From: Candidatus Kapaibacterium sp.
GTDB taxonomy: Bacteria; Bacteroidota; Ignavibacteria; Kapaibacteriales; UBA2268
Assembly (NCBI GenBank): GCA_963665665.1
Contig: OY762428.1
Span: 3,968,001 to 4,032,000, forward strand
Length of the DNA stretch: 64,000 bases
Direction: 5' to 3'
The notes under the pieces are model-generated. The model did not search any database. It saw only the letters and a list, made by a program, of their open reading frames with translations, and was not told the origin of the DNA. Positions 40,390-51,073 of the stretch are shown one piece after another. The position numbers were made by a program, and so were the translations under genes. Each line of letters starts with the position of its first letter. Positions within the stretch are counted from its first letter, which is position 1.

Positions 40390-41760
40390 TCAGTTATTTA
40401 ACAAGTGTGAAATATCGGGTTTATTGATTTTTGGAACAGCTTTAAATCTTCCGAGAAGATAATCCAACCTGGTATTTTTATCGAAATCAGTTTTAAATTC
40501 ATCAAGAGAGTATAATTTTGTTGCCAAAGATTCATCTTTCCTGAAAAACCAAATTTCATCCTTCCTGAATAGATCATTATTCAATAGCAAATTCTCATGA
40601 GAAGTAAAGATCAACTGGCTATTTTTATTTTTTGATAACACAAATATTAATTCTAAAAATTTTATTACCATGTTGGGATGCATACTTCGTTCAATTTCAT
40701 CAATGAAAAACACTTTGTTTCCCGCGCTGAAATCAAGCAAGAGTGGAATAAAATCAATTAGACGATTAGTACCGTCGGATTCTTGGTTGGAGTCAAAAAG
40801 TACAGGTTCGTATTTATCACCTATCTTGTGTTGAGTCATAAATTTATAAAATGCCAACTCTCCATTTTCTATCGTAATAAAATAATTTTTATTTGTTGAG
40901 GAATAAACCGAGATATAATCCCCTTCATTTTGAACAGTAGAAAGGTTATCCAAAGCTTTTTTTATAGTCTCGGGGGGGATTTCAATTTTATCTCTTGCAA
41001 TTTTTTTAATAGCCACACTATCTATTCCGGTATCAAAATAATCTAATAAACCCGAAAAGATTTCTAAAAGATTTGATTTTTTTTGAATATAAAATCTTGT
41101 ACCGACTTTATATTTATCATCCGGAAAAATTGTAATCAGTGAATTAGCAAACCAATCAATAACATTCAAAATATCATCAATATTCCTGACATTATCTTTT
41201 ACTTTCCTGTTTTTAATTTCAGTAAGTAATAATTGATTGTCAGGAGTACTTTTGGCGATAAACCTGATAAACTGTTTATCTTCCTCATCACTATTCAAAT
41301 TCAATAAATAATTTAGATCGTAAATATTCTTAATTGATTCGTCCCTGTCAAAAATCTTAATTTCATTTTTATCAGTTATTTGATAAAGCCATTCCTCGGT
41401 AATCTTCTTTCTTGAAAAAACGAATCCATAAGCGTAATTTTTTCCATTGCTTTGTAATTCAAATTCCATCCGCGATAATTTATTTCTATTATCCGGATCA
41501 AGCTGAAAATTTTGAAAATCAATTTCAGAATCAGGTTTATTTCCGTTTAAAACAAGATTTCTCCCAAACCGTACAGCTTTAATTAAATTGGATTTTCCGG
41601 AAGCGTTAGGCCCGAACATTACAGAATATTTAAGCGTTTTAATGCCATTTACTTTTTTTCCGATATGTTCCTTCTTTTCACTACTTTTCCCGGGTATCAT
41701 TATTATTGATTGCCTGTCTTTGAAGGATAGAAAATTTTCTATGGTAAATCTTATCAGCAT
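40390..41760 (-). CDS. AAA_21/RloA-type ABC ATPase
   Basis: IENFLSF, GPNASGKS, ESDGT, IDEIERSMHP, QLIFTSH and YLLGRF motifs. Confidence 0.9.
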   Translation of the reverse strand: MLIRFTIENFLSFKDRQSIIMIPGKSSEKKEHIGKKVNGIKTLKYSVMFGPNASGKSNLIKAVRFGRNLVLNGNKPDSEIDFQNFQLDPDNRNKLSRMEFELQSNGKNYAYGFVFSRKKITEEWLYQITDKNEIKIFDRDESIKNIYDLNYLLNLNSDEEDKQFIRFIAKSTPDNQLLLTEIKNRKVKDNVRNIDDILNVIDWFANSLITIFPDDKYKVGTRFYIQKKSNLLEIFSGLLDYFDTGIDSVAIKKIARDKIEIPPETIKKALDNLSTVQNEGDYISVYSSTNKNYFITIENGELAFYKFMTQHKIGDKYEPVLFDSNQESDGTNRLIDFIPLLLDFSAGNKVFFIDEIERSMHPNMVIKFLELIFVLSKNKNSQLIFTSHENLLLNNDLFRKDEIWFFRKDESLATKLYSLDEFKTDFDKNTRLDYLLGRFKAVPKINKPDISHLLNN

Positions 41761-41832
41761 TATATTTTTATCTATCTTATTTAATGTTTGAATTAATTTA
41801 ATATAACAATTTAATACTTAATTTCAATAATT

Positions 41833-43329
41833 TTATCTTGCTACTCCGCCAACAAAAGTAGCTAATACCTTTGTCTGCAATATTTCTTTTCTGTCAATGC
41901 CAAGCAGGTTGGCGTTTAAAATTGTGACATCTGCCGGAGCTCCCGGTTCAAGGCCGTGCCATTTATGCCCGAGGGCTTCAACCGGGGTGCGGGTATAGGC
42001 TGTAACAGCTTCTGCAATATTAAGGCATTCATCAGGGCTGAAGGGTTTTTCAGCTCCAGGAGCTGTCCTGTTTACGAATGCGTCAATTCCCGTCAGAGGA
42101 TCGTGGCTTTCAATCGGATAGTCAGAGCCGCCGCAAAGGAGTAATCCTCTTTCTGCAAGGCTTTTCCATCGGTATGCCCTGCCGAGTGTTTCATCATCCA
42201 TTCTGTCCTGGGCCATACCCGTCATATCGGAAGTTCCGTGTATTGGCTGAACGGAGGCTATAATATTGTTTTCAGCCATTCTGTCGGCATCTTCCGGATG
42301 AATGATCTGGACATGTTCAATACGGAGATTGTTCGTGAAGCCATCTTTACGAAGTTGTTCGTAAACGTCAATAACTAATCTGTTGGCAGCATCCCCGATA
42401 GCATGAACAGCAATGTCAAATCCGGCCTCGCATCCCTTTCGGCATTGCTTTAAAAGTCTGTCAAAATTCGTTAGCAATAGTCCCCTGTTTCCGGGCATAT
42501 CCTTATAATCCCTGAGAAGGGCAGCCCCGTGCGAACCAAGAGCGCCATCGGCATAAAATTTCAATCCTTTTATTTCAAATCTGTTTCCAATATATGGCTT
42601 TATCGAATGTTTTAACCATTCATCCTCGTGGGCTTTAATGTAGGCACTTACCCGGACAGTTAGTTTACTTTCTTCGTCAAGCTTTTTATATGCCGGAATA
42701 TTAAGCGGATTCAAATCCATATCATGAGTGGAGGTGAGCCCGACACTTGACAATTCACGGCAGCCCATGTCGATATTATCCATTATTTGCTGATCGGTGA
42801 AAGGTGGAATATGCTTTGAAACAATATTCATTGCCGTATCTATCAATATTCCCGTAGCATTTCCAGACTTGTCTCTTTGAATTTTTCCTCCGGCAGGATC
42901 AGGTGTATAATTATCAATTCCGGCAATATTCAAAGCTACAGTATTAACCCAGGCGGCATGGCCGTCAATTCTTTTTAGAAAAACAGGTGTATCTGAAAAA
43001 GCAGAATCAAGAATATCTTTGTCAGGATAGCATTTGCTTTTCCACTGCTCCTGATTCCAACCCCATGCAGTCAGCCATTTTCCCTGCATAAACCGGTTTT
43101 GCTCAAGAAGCTGTACGCACTGCCCGGCGCTTTTTGTGCCAACAACAGCCATTCCGCGCTTGAACTTACCCAATGCAGCTACATGCCCGTGAGCATCTGT
43201 CATACCCGGATAAAGCCATCCTCCGGGGTAATCTAATTGTTTGCCGTCTATTATTAATGTTGAACGCCCGGAAATATTTTCAATTGATTTTATTTTGCCA
43301 TTTTCTATTTGTACTATTGCCTGTAACAT
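41833..43329 (-). CDS. Amidohydrolase (YtcJ-like, Amidohydro_3)
   Basis: PGMTDAHGH, DGHAAWVN, DGALGS, HAIGD, RIEHVQ and GSDYP motifs. Confidence 0.92.
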   Translation of the reverse strand: MLQAIVQIENGKIKSIENISGRSTLIIDGKQLDYPGGWLYPGMTDAHGHVAALGKFKRGMAVVGTKSAGQCVQLLEQNRFMQGKWLTAWGWNQEQWKSKCYPDKDILDSAFSDTPVFLKRIDGHAAWVNTVALNIAGIDNYTPDPAGGKIQRDKSGNATGILIDTAMNIVSKHIPPFTDQQIMDNIDMGCRELSSVGLTSTHDMDLNPLNIPAYKKLDEESKLTVRVSAYIKAHEDEWLKHSIKPYIGNRFEIKGLKFYADGALGSHGAALLRDYKDMPGNRGLLLTNFDRLLKQCRKGCEAGFDIAVHAIGDAANRLVIDVYEQLRKDGFTNNLRIEHVQIIHPEDADRMAENNIIASVQPIHGTSDMTGMAQDRMDDETLGRAYRWKSLAERGLLLCGGSDYPIESHDPLTGIDAFVNRTAPGAEKPFSPDECLNIAEAVTAYTRTPVEALGHKWHGLEPGAPADVTILNANLLGIDRKEILQTKVLATFVGGVAR

Positions 43330-43412
43330 ACGTCATCCTGTATAAAAAAATGAAAAAGCCCTGCAAAAAGCAGGGCTAAATATAATCAAAGTTTTCGATT
43401 CAATATGAAAAA

Positions 43413-43649
<237 letters not shown>

Positions 43650-43842
43650 TTAGTCTAAGCTAAATATTTTCGTATCAAATGTTTACAAGAACAAAATTAA
43701 AAGGAATTTTAATATCCACCAAATAAAAATTATTCTTTTTTTGTAATAAAATAATGACAGAACTCCTACCTGTTCCAAACTCTTTTACTTAGAAAGTATT
43801 TATAAGGACTTTCAATTTTATGAATAATAATATTAGTGCTTA

Positions 43843-44682
43843 CTAAATATTGCTCTTGAGTAATTTGTATAATTCAAACCAATCAGTATCAGGAGCCAAA
43901 CGCAGGGAATCGATATGTGTTGAAAGGCTGGGAACGGGAAAATATAAGTTGAAGCGCTTTCCTTTAAGCAACTGAGCCGGCGTATGAAACCATGCCTTAG
44001 CGATAATTTTCGAGTAATATTTATTCGAAAGCAAACTCTTTGCAACGAATCCCGGTTTATTTACTGTATTTCCTGTCAGTGCAAACCAAAGGCTGTTATC
44101 GTAATTGCCCCTGCAATATGTTCGGAAAATTGTTTCAGATTTTCTCATTGTTTCTTTTGTAGTAAAAAATGTCATAGTTGTGGAAGCACCGTATGTCCAT
44201 TCGATATTGCTTATTTGATGTTTCTTTTTTGTATAGTTGTGTATAGGCAGATTGTGGTAGTCAGGATGATTGAATGGCGAAAGAAAATCAGCATCGGGAA
44301 TTTTTTCAATAGCATCAACCATATTCGGAAGCATATCCGGCAAATAGATATAATCATCTTCGGCAAAATATATTTTCTCGGAATAATCCTGGTTAAGCAG
44401 GATATCAATTTGTTTTCCGAATGTTGCGGCGTTCCCTGCCTTATTCATTTCAATTATTTCAAGGTCTTCAGTAGAAAAGCGTTCTTGAAACAGTGTTTTA
44501 TACTCAGCAGGGCAACCGTCAATAATTGCCCAAATCTTAGGCCTCATTCCTCCCAGGCTTTTTACAAATGACTCCAGGGCAACTGCCGACATTTCAAGCT
44601 TATCATCGGTGAAATCCAGGGCAAATTTTGAAATACCCGGATATATTCTATAAGCAACTGCGAAATCATATTTTGATGGCAT
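43843..44682 (-). CDS. Putative GT-A glycosyltransferase
   Basis: IYFAEDDY motif, IDG...GNAATF; next to a GT2 gene. Confidence 0.7.
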   Translation of the reverse strand: MPSKYDFAVAYRIYPGISKFALDFTDDKLEMSAVALESFVKSLGGMRPKIWAIIDGCPAEYKTLFQERFSTEDLEIIEMNKAGNAATFGKQIDILLNQDYSEKIYFAEDDYIYLPDMLPNMVDAIEKIPDADFLSPFNHPDYHNLPIHNYTKKKHQISNIEWTYGASTTMTFFTTKETMRKSETIFRTYCRGNYDNSLWFALTGNTVNKPGFVAKSLLSNKYYSKIIAKAWFHTPAQLLKGKRFNLYFPVPSLSTHIDSLRLAPDTDWFELYKLLKSNI

Positions 44683-44684
44683 AT

Positions 44685-45632
44685 CTATAATTCTTTAAAC
44701 TTTCTTTTCCATACTTTTAAAATCGAACTGAAGAAATCCTGCTGGCCCGCTGCATGGCTTTTTTTCGCCGGCACTGCAAATCCCAGCAATTTCCAAAGAA
44801 CCAACTTGATAAAATTATGAATTATTTCCAATACAATATAGATTCTGCAATAAACACTACTGTTATGCTTTTTGCAGAATAAAACCTTCGAAGAAACAAA
44901 TATATCTGCCTTGTTCGGGGGCATTGTATTAGCTCCGGTACTGCCTCCCCTGTGGTGCATCACTCTGACTTCTGGCAGGTAAATGCATTTATTACCAATA
45001 TTTTCTATCCTTCGGCAAAAATCTGTTTCTTCGGTGAAAAAGAAGTAGTCTTCATCGAAGCCCTTAATTGCATTGAAATCCGATCGACGGACTGCCATGA
45101 CAGCTCCGTCAATATATTGTACGCATTTCTTCGTGTCAAAAGCGGGATCATTATTTTGAAATTTCTTCTTTTTAATATACCTCCGGACGCCGGATAAAAG
45201 AAAAATTTCTTTCAATACCTGGGGAATGCCCGGATAATCGCCGTAGCAATATTGCCAACTCCCATCGGGATAAACCTGCTGGGGGCCGCAAACAGCAACA
45301 TCATGATTTTCTTCCAAAAAGTTTATGATTTTTTCAATAGAATGCGGGTAATATTCTACATCAGAATTTGAAATAATAATATATTTTGAATCTGAAAATT
45401 TCGCGCCTTTATTTACAGCCCCGGCATATCCAAGATTAGTTGAATTTTCAATAATATGAATATCCGGGAATTCTGATTTTATAGTTTCAACAGTATCGTC
45501 ACCCGAATTATTATCAATTACAACAGGATTAATATTCAGCTTACCTGTTGCAGAATTAAGTGAATTCAAACAGGCAATAGTTAATTCCGGATGCTTGTAG
45601 GAAATTATTATAATATCAGCTATTGCAGCCAT
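44685..45632 (-). CDS. Glycosyltransferase family 2 (WbbL-like)
   Basis: IDNNSGD, NLGYAGAVN, NSDV and GFDEDYFFFTEETDFC motifs. Confidence 0.92.
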   Translation of the reverse strand: MAAIADIIIISYKHPELTIACLNSLNSATGKLNINPVVIDNNSGDDTVETIKSEFPDIHIIENSTNLGYAGAVNKGAKFSDSKYIIISNSDVEYYPHSIEKIINFLEENHDVAVCGPQQVYPDGSWQYCYGDYPGIPQVLKEIFLLSGVRRYIKKKKFQNNDPAFDTKKCVQYIDGAVMAVRRSDFNAIKGFDEDYFFFTEETDFCRRIENIGNKCIYLPEVRVMHHRGGSTGANTMPPNKADIFVSSKVLFCKKHNSSVYCRIYIVLEIIHNFIKLVLWKLLGFAVPAKKSHAAGQQDFFSSILKVWKRKFKEL

Positions 45633-45637
45633 TGTGT

Positions 45638-46987
45638 TTACAAATTCCCGTAAGCTTTATACACATTTTTTTTGGTTGAATATCCAAACTGATATATGCC
45701 AAACGGAACAGAGGATTCCAACTTATGCACACCGTCTTTAATTTTGAACTGATAAAAATAATTTTCGGTATTCTCAACATTCTTATAATAATTCTTTGGT
45801 ATTGCAACACCGTCATAAAGTATGTTACCGATACTATTCTTATCAGCCATGATCGTAACATAATCATCAGTCTTTTCATTAAGAGGTTTTGTCAGGATAT
45901 ATTTCTTCTGGTATATCTTTTCCGAAGGTATTGTTAGCATCATAGGGTCACCATGGGCCTGCTTGCCGGCGTAGCCATGAGAATACTGAACTACATAAAT
46001 AATTCTGTTTGATTCAACTAAGGTTGGTTTTGTCATTTCCCGTATATCATAAAATTCGCCTCGGTCTAAATGTGCTACAGTATCACCGTTAACAATGATT
46101 TGGCTGTCATCTTCGAAACACAAAACTCTAGAACTTGATTTTATTTTACCGGGCAGGGGAGGTATAAAATAACTGTTGGAGCAAAGCTTGAAAGGCAGCA
46201 TTTGCTCTGCTAACATATCGCAGCCAATTTCGCCATTTGGTACTTGTGCACATTGATGCCCCGAAAACATGGCAATATCAGAATCCCATGATTCAATAAT
46301 AGAACCGCTCAGGTCAAAAGGCAGGTCGGGTACATAAGCAATATTTGAATTTGGATCCTGAAGGATACAAAAATTCTGATATTTTTCTAATTCAATCCTT
46401 ATAGGATTGCTGCCTTCCTGGAAAATAATTGCACCAATAAATCTTGGGATCATGTCGAAAACAGCGCTCTTGCTTCCGCTAATGAAAGAAGATTGCGAGA
46501 AAAAATTATCCAGGAAATTAAAATAATTTGCAGAAATATACTTTTTACCCCAATATTTTTCGGGTATCAGTGTATAGGTTCCCGCAGATTGGTCTGATGA
46601 TGATACGCAATAAATTTTGATATTTTTATCAGAGCTTACCCTGATAACATTATTGTTTACCCAATCGGATTTTATATAAGTTAAATTGTAGGCTATGTCT
46701 GCCCTTACAATTGAATCAGGAACAATATCAACCCATATAGTATCCTTGAAGCTTTCATGATAGATAGATACCCTGCAACTGTCTTCGGAAATAATACTTA
46801 GATAATAATGATAATTTTTCTGCCTTTCTTCATTTCCGGTAAATCTTTGATTTTGTAACAAAACGAAACTGAAATTTCTGCCCGAAAACGAAAAATTATT
46901 ATTTTCCTCTGCTTTTAAATTCTCAGAAGAAAGAACACCCGACAGTAATACTAACATTATCAAACATTTTAAAAAAGGACTATTCAT
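45638..46987 (-). CDS. Secreted protein with IgGFc-binding N-terminal-like domain
   Basis: LIPEKYWGKKY, DLSGSIIES, SGHQC, EQMLP, GDPMM and HKLES...PFG motifs. Confidence 0.75.
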   Translation of the reverse strand: MNSPFLKCLIMLVLLSGVLSSENLKAEENNNFSFSGRNFSFVLLQNQRFTGNEERQKNYHYYLSIISEDSCRVSIYHESFKDTIWVDIVPDSIVRADIAYNLTYIKSDWVNNNVIRVSSDKNIKIYCVSSSDQSAGTYTLIPEKYWGKKYISANYFNFLDNFFSQSSFISGSKSAVFDMIPRFIGAIIFQEGSNPIRIELEKYQNFCILQDPNSNIAYVPDLPFDLSGSIIESWDSDIAMFSGHQCAQVPNGEIGCDMLAEQMLPFKLCSNSYFIPPLPGKIKSSSRVLCFEDDSQIIVNGDTVAHLDRGEFYDIREMTKPTLVESNRIIYVVQYSHGYAGKQAHGDPMMLTIPSEKIYQKKYILTKPLNEKTDDYVTIMADKNSIGNILYDGVAIPKNYYKNVENTENYFYQFKIKDGVHKLESSVPFGIYQFGYSTKKNVYKAYGNL

Positions 46988-47387
46988 GTATTTACTCAGT
47001 AATTATTTCAAGAATATTATTTTATAAATTAACAATATTAAGAATTAAAAAAAAATCTACCGCGAGCATATATTATATTATCAGTAATTACAGCATTATT
47101 ATGAAAGAAAAATATAAATATTCAACTTTAATATTATCATTAATATATCACTTAAAAGCAAATGAAGCTAAAAATTAGAATAAATTGTAATTAAATTAAG
47201 GTCAAACTAAAAATATTTTGAAAAATTGATAAAATTGGTTTGTTAAATTATCCAAAAATTATATAGTTTTGTACTAACCTTTACGAAGGTTAAAAGATAA
47301 CTATATGTTTTTTAACTAATTGATTTTCTCATATTTCGGGGACATACGTTAATCCGGTCCCGGAAGAGATATAAATAGGAGTAAATT

Positions 47388-48674
47388 ATGGCATCAGAAT
47401 CATTCAATCCGTTCGAAATGGCTCAAGAGCAATTTGATGCAGTAGCAGAACAGTTAGGTTTGGACCAGGCAACAAGAGATTTTCTGAGGAATCCGGACCG
47501 TGAATATCAGTTTAACATTCCTGTACACATGGATGACGGTTCTTACAAAGTATTCCGTGGTTTCCGCGTACAGCACAGCGATGCTCGCGGCCCTGCTAAA
47601 GGCGGTATCCGTTTCCATCCTCAGGAAACAATAGATACAGTTCGCGCTCTGGCTACATGGATGACATGGAAAACAGCAGTTGTTGACATTCCTCTTGGCG
47701 GTGGCAAGGGTGGCGTTATTTGCGATCCACACCATCTTTCACTCAGGGAACAGGAACTTATCTGCCGCGGCTGGGTTCGCCAGGTTGCTAAAAATGTTGG
47801 ACCTCTCCAGGACGTTCCGGCTCCGGACGTGATGACAAACGGCCAGCACATGCTTTGGATGCTTGATGAATACGAAAGAATCTCAGGTTACAAAGCTCCT
47901 GGTTTCATTACAGGTAAACCAATGGGTATGGGCGGTTCTCTTGGCAGGACTGAAGCTACCGGTTACGGTGCTGTTTATACTCTCAGGGAAGCTCTTAAAG
48001 AACTAAACATAGATATTACTAAAACTACTGCTGCATTCCAGGGCTTTGGTAACGTTAGCCAGTATGCAATAGATCTCTATACTCAGTATGGCGGAAAAGC
48101 TATCTGCGTTTCCTGCTGGAACAACAAAGAGAAAAAATCCTATACATTCAAAAAAGCTGATGGTATCGACATGAAAAAACTCATGGAAATCACTGACAAA
48201 TTCGGTGAAATCGATATCGAAAAAGCAAAAGAAATGGGATTTGAAATTCTTCCTGGCGATGCATGGATCGAACAGGATGTTGACGTTCTTGTTCCTGCTG
48301 CCATCGAAAATCAGATCAATGCAAATACTGTTAATAAAATTTCCTCCAGCGTTAAAGTTATCGTTGAAGGCGCTAACGGGCCGACAACACCCGAAGCAGA
48401 TGCAGTTATCAAAGATCGCGGAATCCTTTGTATTCCTGATTTTCTTGCTAATGCAGGTGGTGTTACATGTTCTTACTTCGAACAGGTACAGTGCAACATG
48501 AACTACTTCTGGCCAAAAGAAGAAGTTCTTGAAAAACTCGACGCAAAAATGACTTCAGCATACCATGCAGTATCTGAACTCGCACGTAAAAAAGGTGTTT
48601 ACATGCGTGATGCAGCCTACATGATTGCAATCGCAAGAGTAGCTGAAAATGTTAAAATGCGCGGTTGGGTATAA
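47388..48674 (+). CDS. gdhA: Glu/Leu/Phe/Val family dehydrogenase (glutamate dehydrogenase)
   Basis: GPAKGGIRFHP, GGGKGG, DVPAPD, QGFGNV, EGANGP and NAGGV motifs. Confidence 0.93.
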   Translation: MASESFNPFEMAQEQFDAVAEQLGLDQATRDFLRNPDREYQFNIPVHMDDGSYKVFRGFRVQHSDARGPAKGGIRFHPQETIDTVRALATWMTWKTAVVDIPLGGGKGGVICDPHHLSLREQELICRGWVRQVAKNVGPLQDVPAPDVMTNGQHMLWMLDEYERISGYKAPGFITGKPMGMGGSLGRTEATGYGAVYTLREALKELNIDITKTTAAFQGFGNVSQYAIDLYTQYGGKAICVSCWNNKEKKSYTFKKADGIDMKKLMEITDKFGEIDIEKAKEMGFEILPGDAWIEQDVDVLVPAAIENQINANTVNKISSSVKVIVEGANGPTTPEADAVIKDRGILCIPDFLANAGGVTCSYFEQVQCNMNYFWPKEEVLEKLDAKMTSAYHAVSELARKKGVYMRDAAYMIAIARVAENVKMRGWV

Positions 48675-48691
48675 TTAATTTTGATTTTTTG

Positions 48692-48722
48692 CAGGGCTGC
48701 TTTATTGCAGCCCTTTTTTTTT
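48692..48722 (+). terminator. Terminator after gdhA
   Basis: AGGGCTGC...GCAGCCCT + long T-run. Confidence 0.85.
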
Positions 48723-48834
48723 ATTAAAAAACAGGGCTGATTCCTGATTTATTTGTGATTTATTTAACACAGAATTTGCATATATCAAAACATTTTTTTA
48801 TTATTACAAAAATTGCAACTATGTTTGGAAATCT

Positions 48835-49716
48835 ATGTCTGTAATTGATTCTTTATTGGAAACCCAGGAATTCGCAACCCTACCACCGGTTGCCGCCAGA
48901 ATATTGAAAATTCTTGAAGACGATAATATCGATCTCAGGGATATTGCCGGAGTAATTGAAACTGATGCCTCTCTTACTCTTAAACTTCTCCGGGTTGCCA
49001 ATTCTCCGTTATATGCAACAAGAAACGAAGTAAAATCAATCCATCAGGCAATAGTTACACTGGGCCTGAACAGATTGACAAATATTGTTCTTGGTGTTTC
49101 AATTTTTTCAAAATTTCTGCTTAGCAGTCAGAAACAGGCAGCGGAACTAATGGAAAAATTCTGGTGGCATTCTTCATGTACAGGTATGGTTGCCAAATCA
49201 TTGTGCGCAAAACTCGGCATACATTTCAAAGAAATAGAATTTATTGGCGGCCTGCTTCATGATATTGGAAAACTTGCAATGATTCAGTTTGATTCATATA
49301 AGTACATGCAGGTGATCAAACTGATTAACGAGAAAAAAATCCTTGATGTAGAAGCAGAAATGGAAGTTTTTGGCGCCACTCACGAAGAGGTCGGAAAAGA
49401 AATTGCTCATTTGTGGCAATTGCCAATGGAGCTGACATCCATTGTATCTAATCATTCGAAAATTACGGAACTTGAAGAGTACAAGGAACTGGTATCTGTT
49501 GTCCGGCTGGCTGATATGTTCTGTGAAGTGTGGGGAGCTGATTTCGACGAGGGTATCCTTACTCTGGATGTTGGTAAATCCGAACCCTGGAGAACTCTTT
49601 GCGAAGCTTATCCAAGGCTTATTGACCTTGACATAGAAGCTTTTACATTTGAACTTGAAGAAGATTTTAAGAATTCAGCAGCTTTCCTGAATATTCTTGT
49701 TCAGGATGCTAATTAG
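48835..49716 (+). CDS. HDOD domain protein
   Basis: LPPVA, LRVANSP, WWHS and GLLHDIGKL motifs. Confidence 0.92.
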   Translation: MSVIDSLLETQEFATLPPVAARILKILEDDNIDLRDIAGVIETDASLTLKLLRVANSPLYATRNEVKSIHQAIVTLGLNRLTNIVLGVSIFSKFLLSSQKQAAELMEKFWWHSSCTGMVAKSLCAKLGIHFKEIEFIGGLLHDIGKLAMIQFDSYKYMQVIKLINEKKILDVEAEMEVFGATHEEVGKEIAHLWQLPMELTSIVSNHSKITELEEYKELVSVVRLADMFCEVWGADFDEGILTLDVGKSEPWRTLCEAYPRLIDLDIEAFTFELEEDFKNSAAFLNILVQDAN

Positions 49717-51000
49717 TCATAACTTTAAATGTTTTTGAATTTCTACGGCGATTCTTTCAGATTCGCCTTTTCCCTTATAGACGTAATCAGAAGCAGTCTG
49801 CCCCAAATGCTTCCTGCATTTATTATCTCTTATCATCTCGGAAATAAATGATAGGTAATCCCCGGTATTTTCAATTACATTCAATGCACCGCATTCCTTC
49901 AGGAGAATTGCATCAGGAGAATTATTCATCCCCGGGCCTGTAGTCAGCGGAATTCCATAACCCGCAGGTTCAGTAACGCTATGCACACCTGCTCCGAATG
50001 CACCTCCGATATGTGCTGTGTGAGCATACCTGTAAAGTTTTAGCAGTTTTCCAATACTATCAACTATTATATCCTTTCCATTAACAAATTCCCCGGATTC
50101 AATTTCACTCAGAAGGTTAGCTCCGGCCATTTTTTTCTTCAGCCTGCTTAAATTTTCTTCCTCGGGTTCATGAGGAACCATTATGATTATAATATTTTTA
50201 AATTCCCCTTTGCCAGCCAGTTCTTTTCTGGCTTCGATGATAATGTCTTCATCTTGTTTCCAGCTGCTTCCTGCAACAATCACAAAGTCGGTGTCAGAAA
50301 AATATCCATCCGGAATTATATTGAAATTTTTTGATTCCTCTACTTTCTCAATAATTCGGTCCAGGCGTGTATCAGCTGAGTCAATTGGATTAATGCTTTG
50401 GTCAAGATCTCTAATATAATCAGAATGGATTGGGCCTACTGTAAAAATTTTATTGAATTTTTTGTAAACCGATTTGTAAAAAGATCTGAGAATCGGGTTT
50501 CTGTCAGGTTTTTCCTTTCCGGGCCTTGTTGCACAAATAAGATATACCGGTATTGATAATTTATTGAGCATTGTCAGGTAATTCAGCCATAATTCGTAAC
50601 GAACAAAAACAGCCAAGTCAGGTTTAAGTTTTGTTACGAATGAATTGGCATTAGTACGGGTATCAAAAGGAAGATAAAAAATTGCGTCAGCATAGGGATA
50701 ACTCTTTTGGTTTTCATATCCTGAAGGAGAAAAAAAAGTAACTGCAATAGCAATGTGGTTATTGCCGGCTTTCAATTTTTCAATAATTGGCTTTGCCTGC
50801 TCAAATTCCCCCATGGAAGAAGCATGAAACCAAACCAGCCTGGAATCAGAGCCAATATCTTTTCTGAAAGATTCCAATAACCTGAGCGTCTCATTGCTGC
50901 CCTGTTCACGCTTCTCCAGTTTAGCATCTGATTTTCTTCTAAACCGCAAATATATTGAAGCAAGCGGAACCACAATGAATTTATATAAAAATACTGCCAT
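49717..51000 (-). CDS. waaA: 3-deoxy-D-manno-octulosonic acid transferase
   Basis: WFHASSMGE, YLPFD, AGSSW, VPHEP and EPAGYG motifs. Confidence 0.93.
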   Translation of the reverse strand: MAVFLYKFIVVPLASIYLRFRRKSDAKLEKREQGSNETLRLLESFRKDIGSDSRLVWFHASSMGEFEQAKPIIEKLKAGNNHIAIAVTFFSPSGYENQKSYPYADAIFYLPFDTRTNANSFVTKLKPDLAVFVRYELWLNYLTMLNKLSIPVYLICATRPGKEKPDRNPILRSFYKSVYKKFNKIFTVGPIHSDYIRDLDQSINPIDSADTRLDRIIEKVEESKNFNIIPDGYFSDTDFVIVAGSSWKQDEDIIIEARKELAGKGEFKNIIIIMVPHEPEEENLSRLKKKMAGANLLSEIESGEFVNGKDIIVDSIGKLLKLYRYAHTAHIGGAFGAGVHSVTEPAGYGIPLTTGPGMNNSPDAILLKECGALNVIENTGDYLSFISEMIRDNKCRKHLGQTASDYVYKGKGESERIAVEIQKHLKL

Positions 51001-51073
51001 TTTGATATTTCATTTCGTTAAAAAAACAAAAATAGTATAAATTCCGCTGATTGGGAAAAAAATGATATTATTG

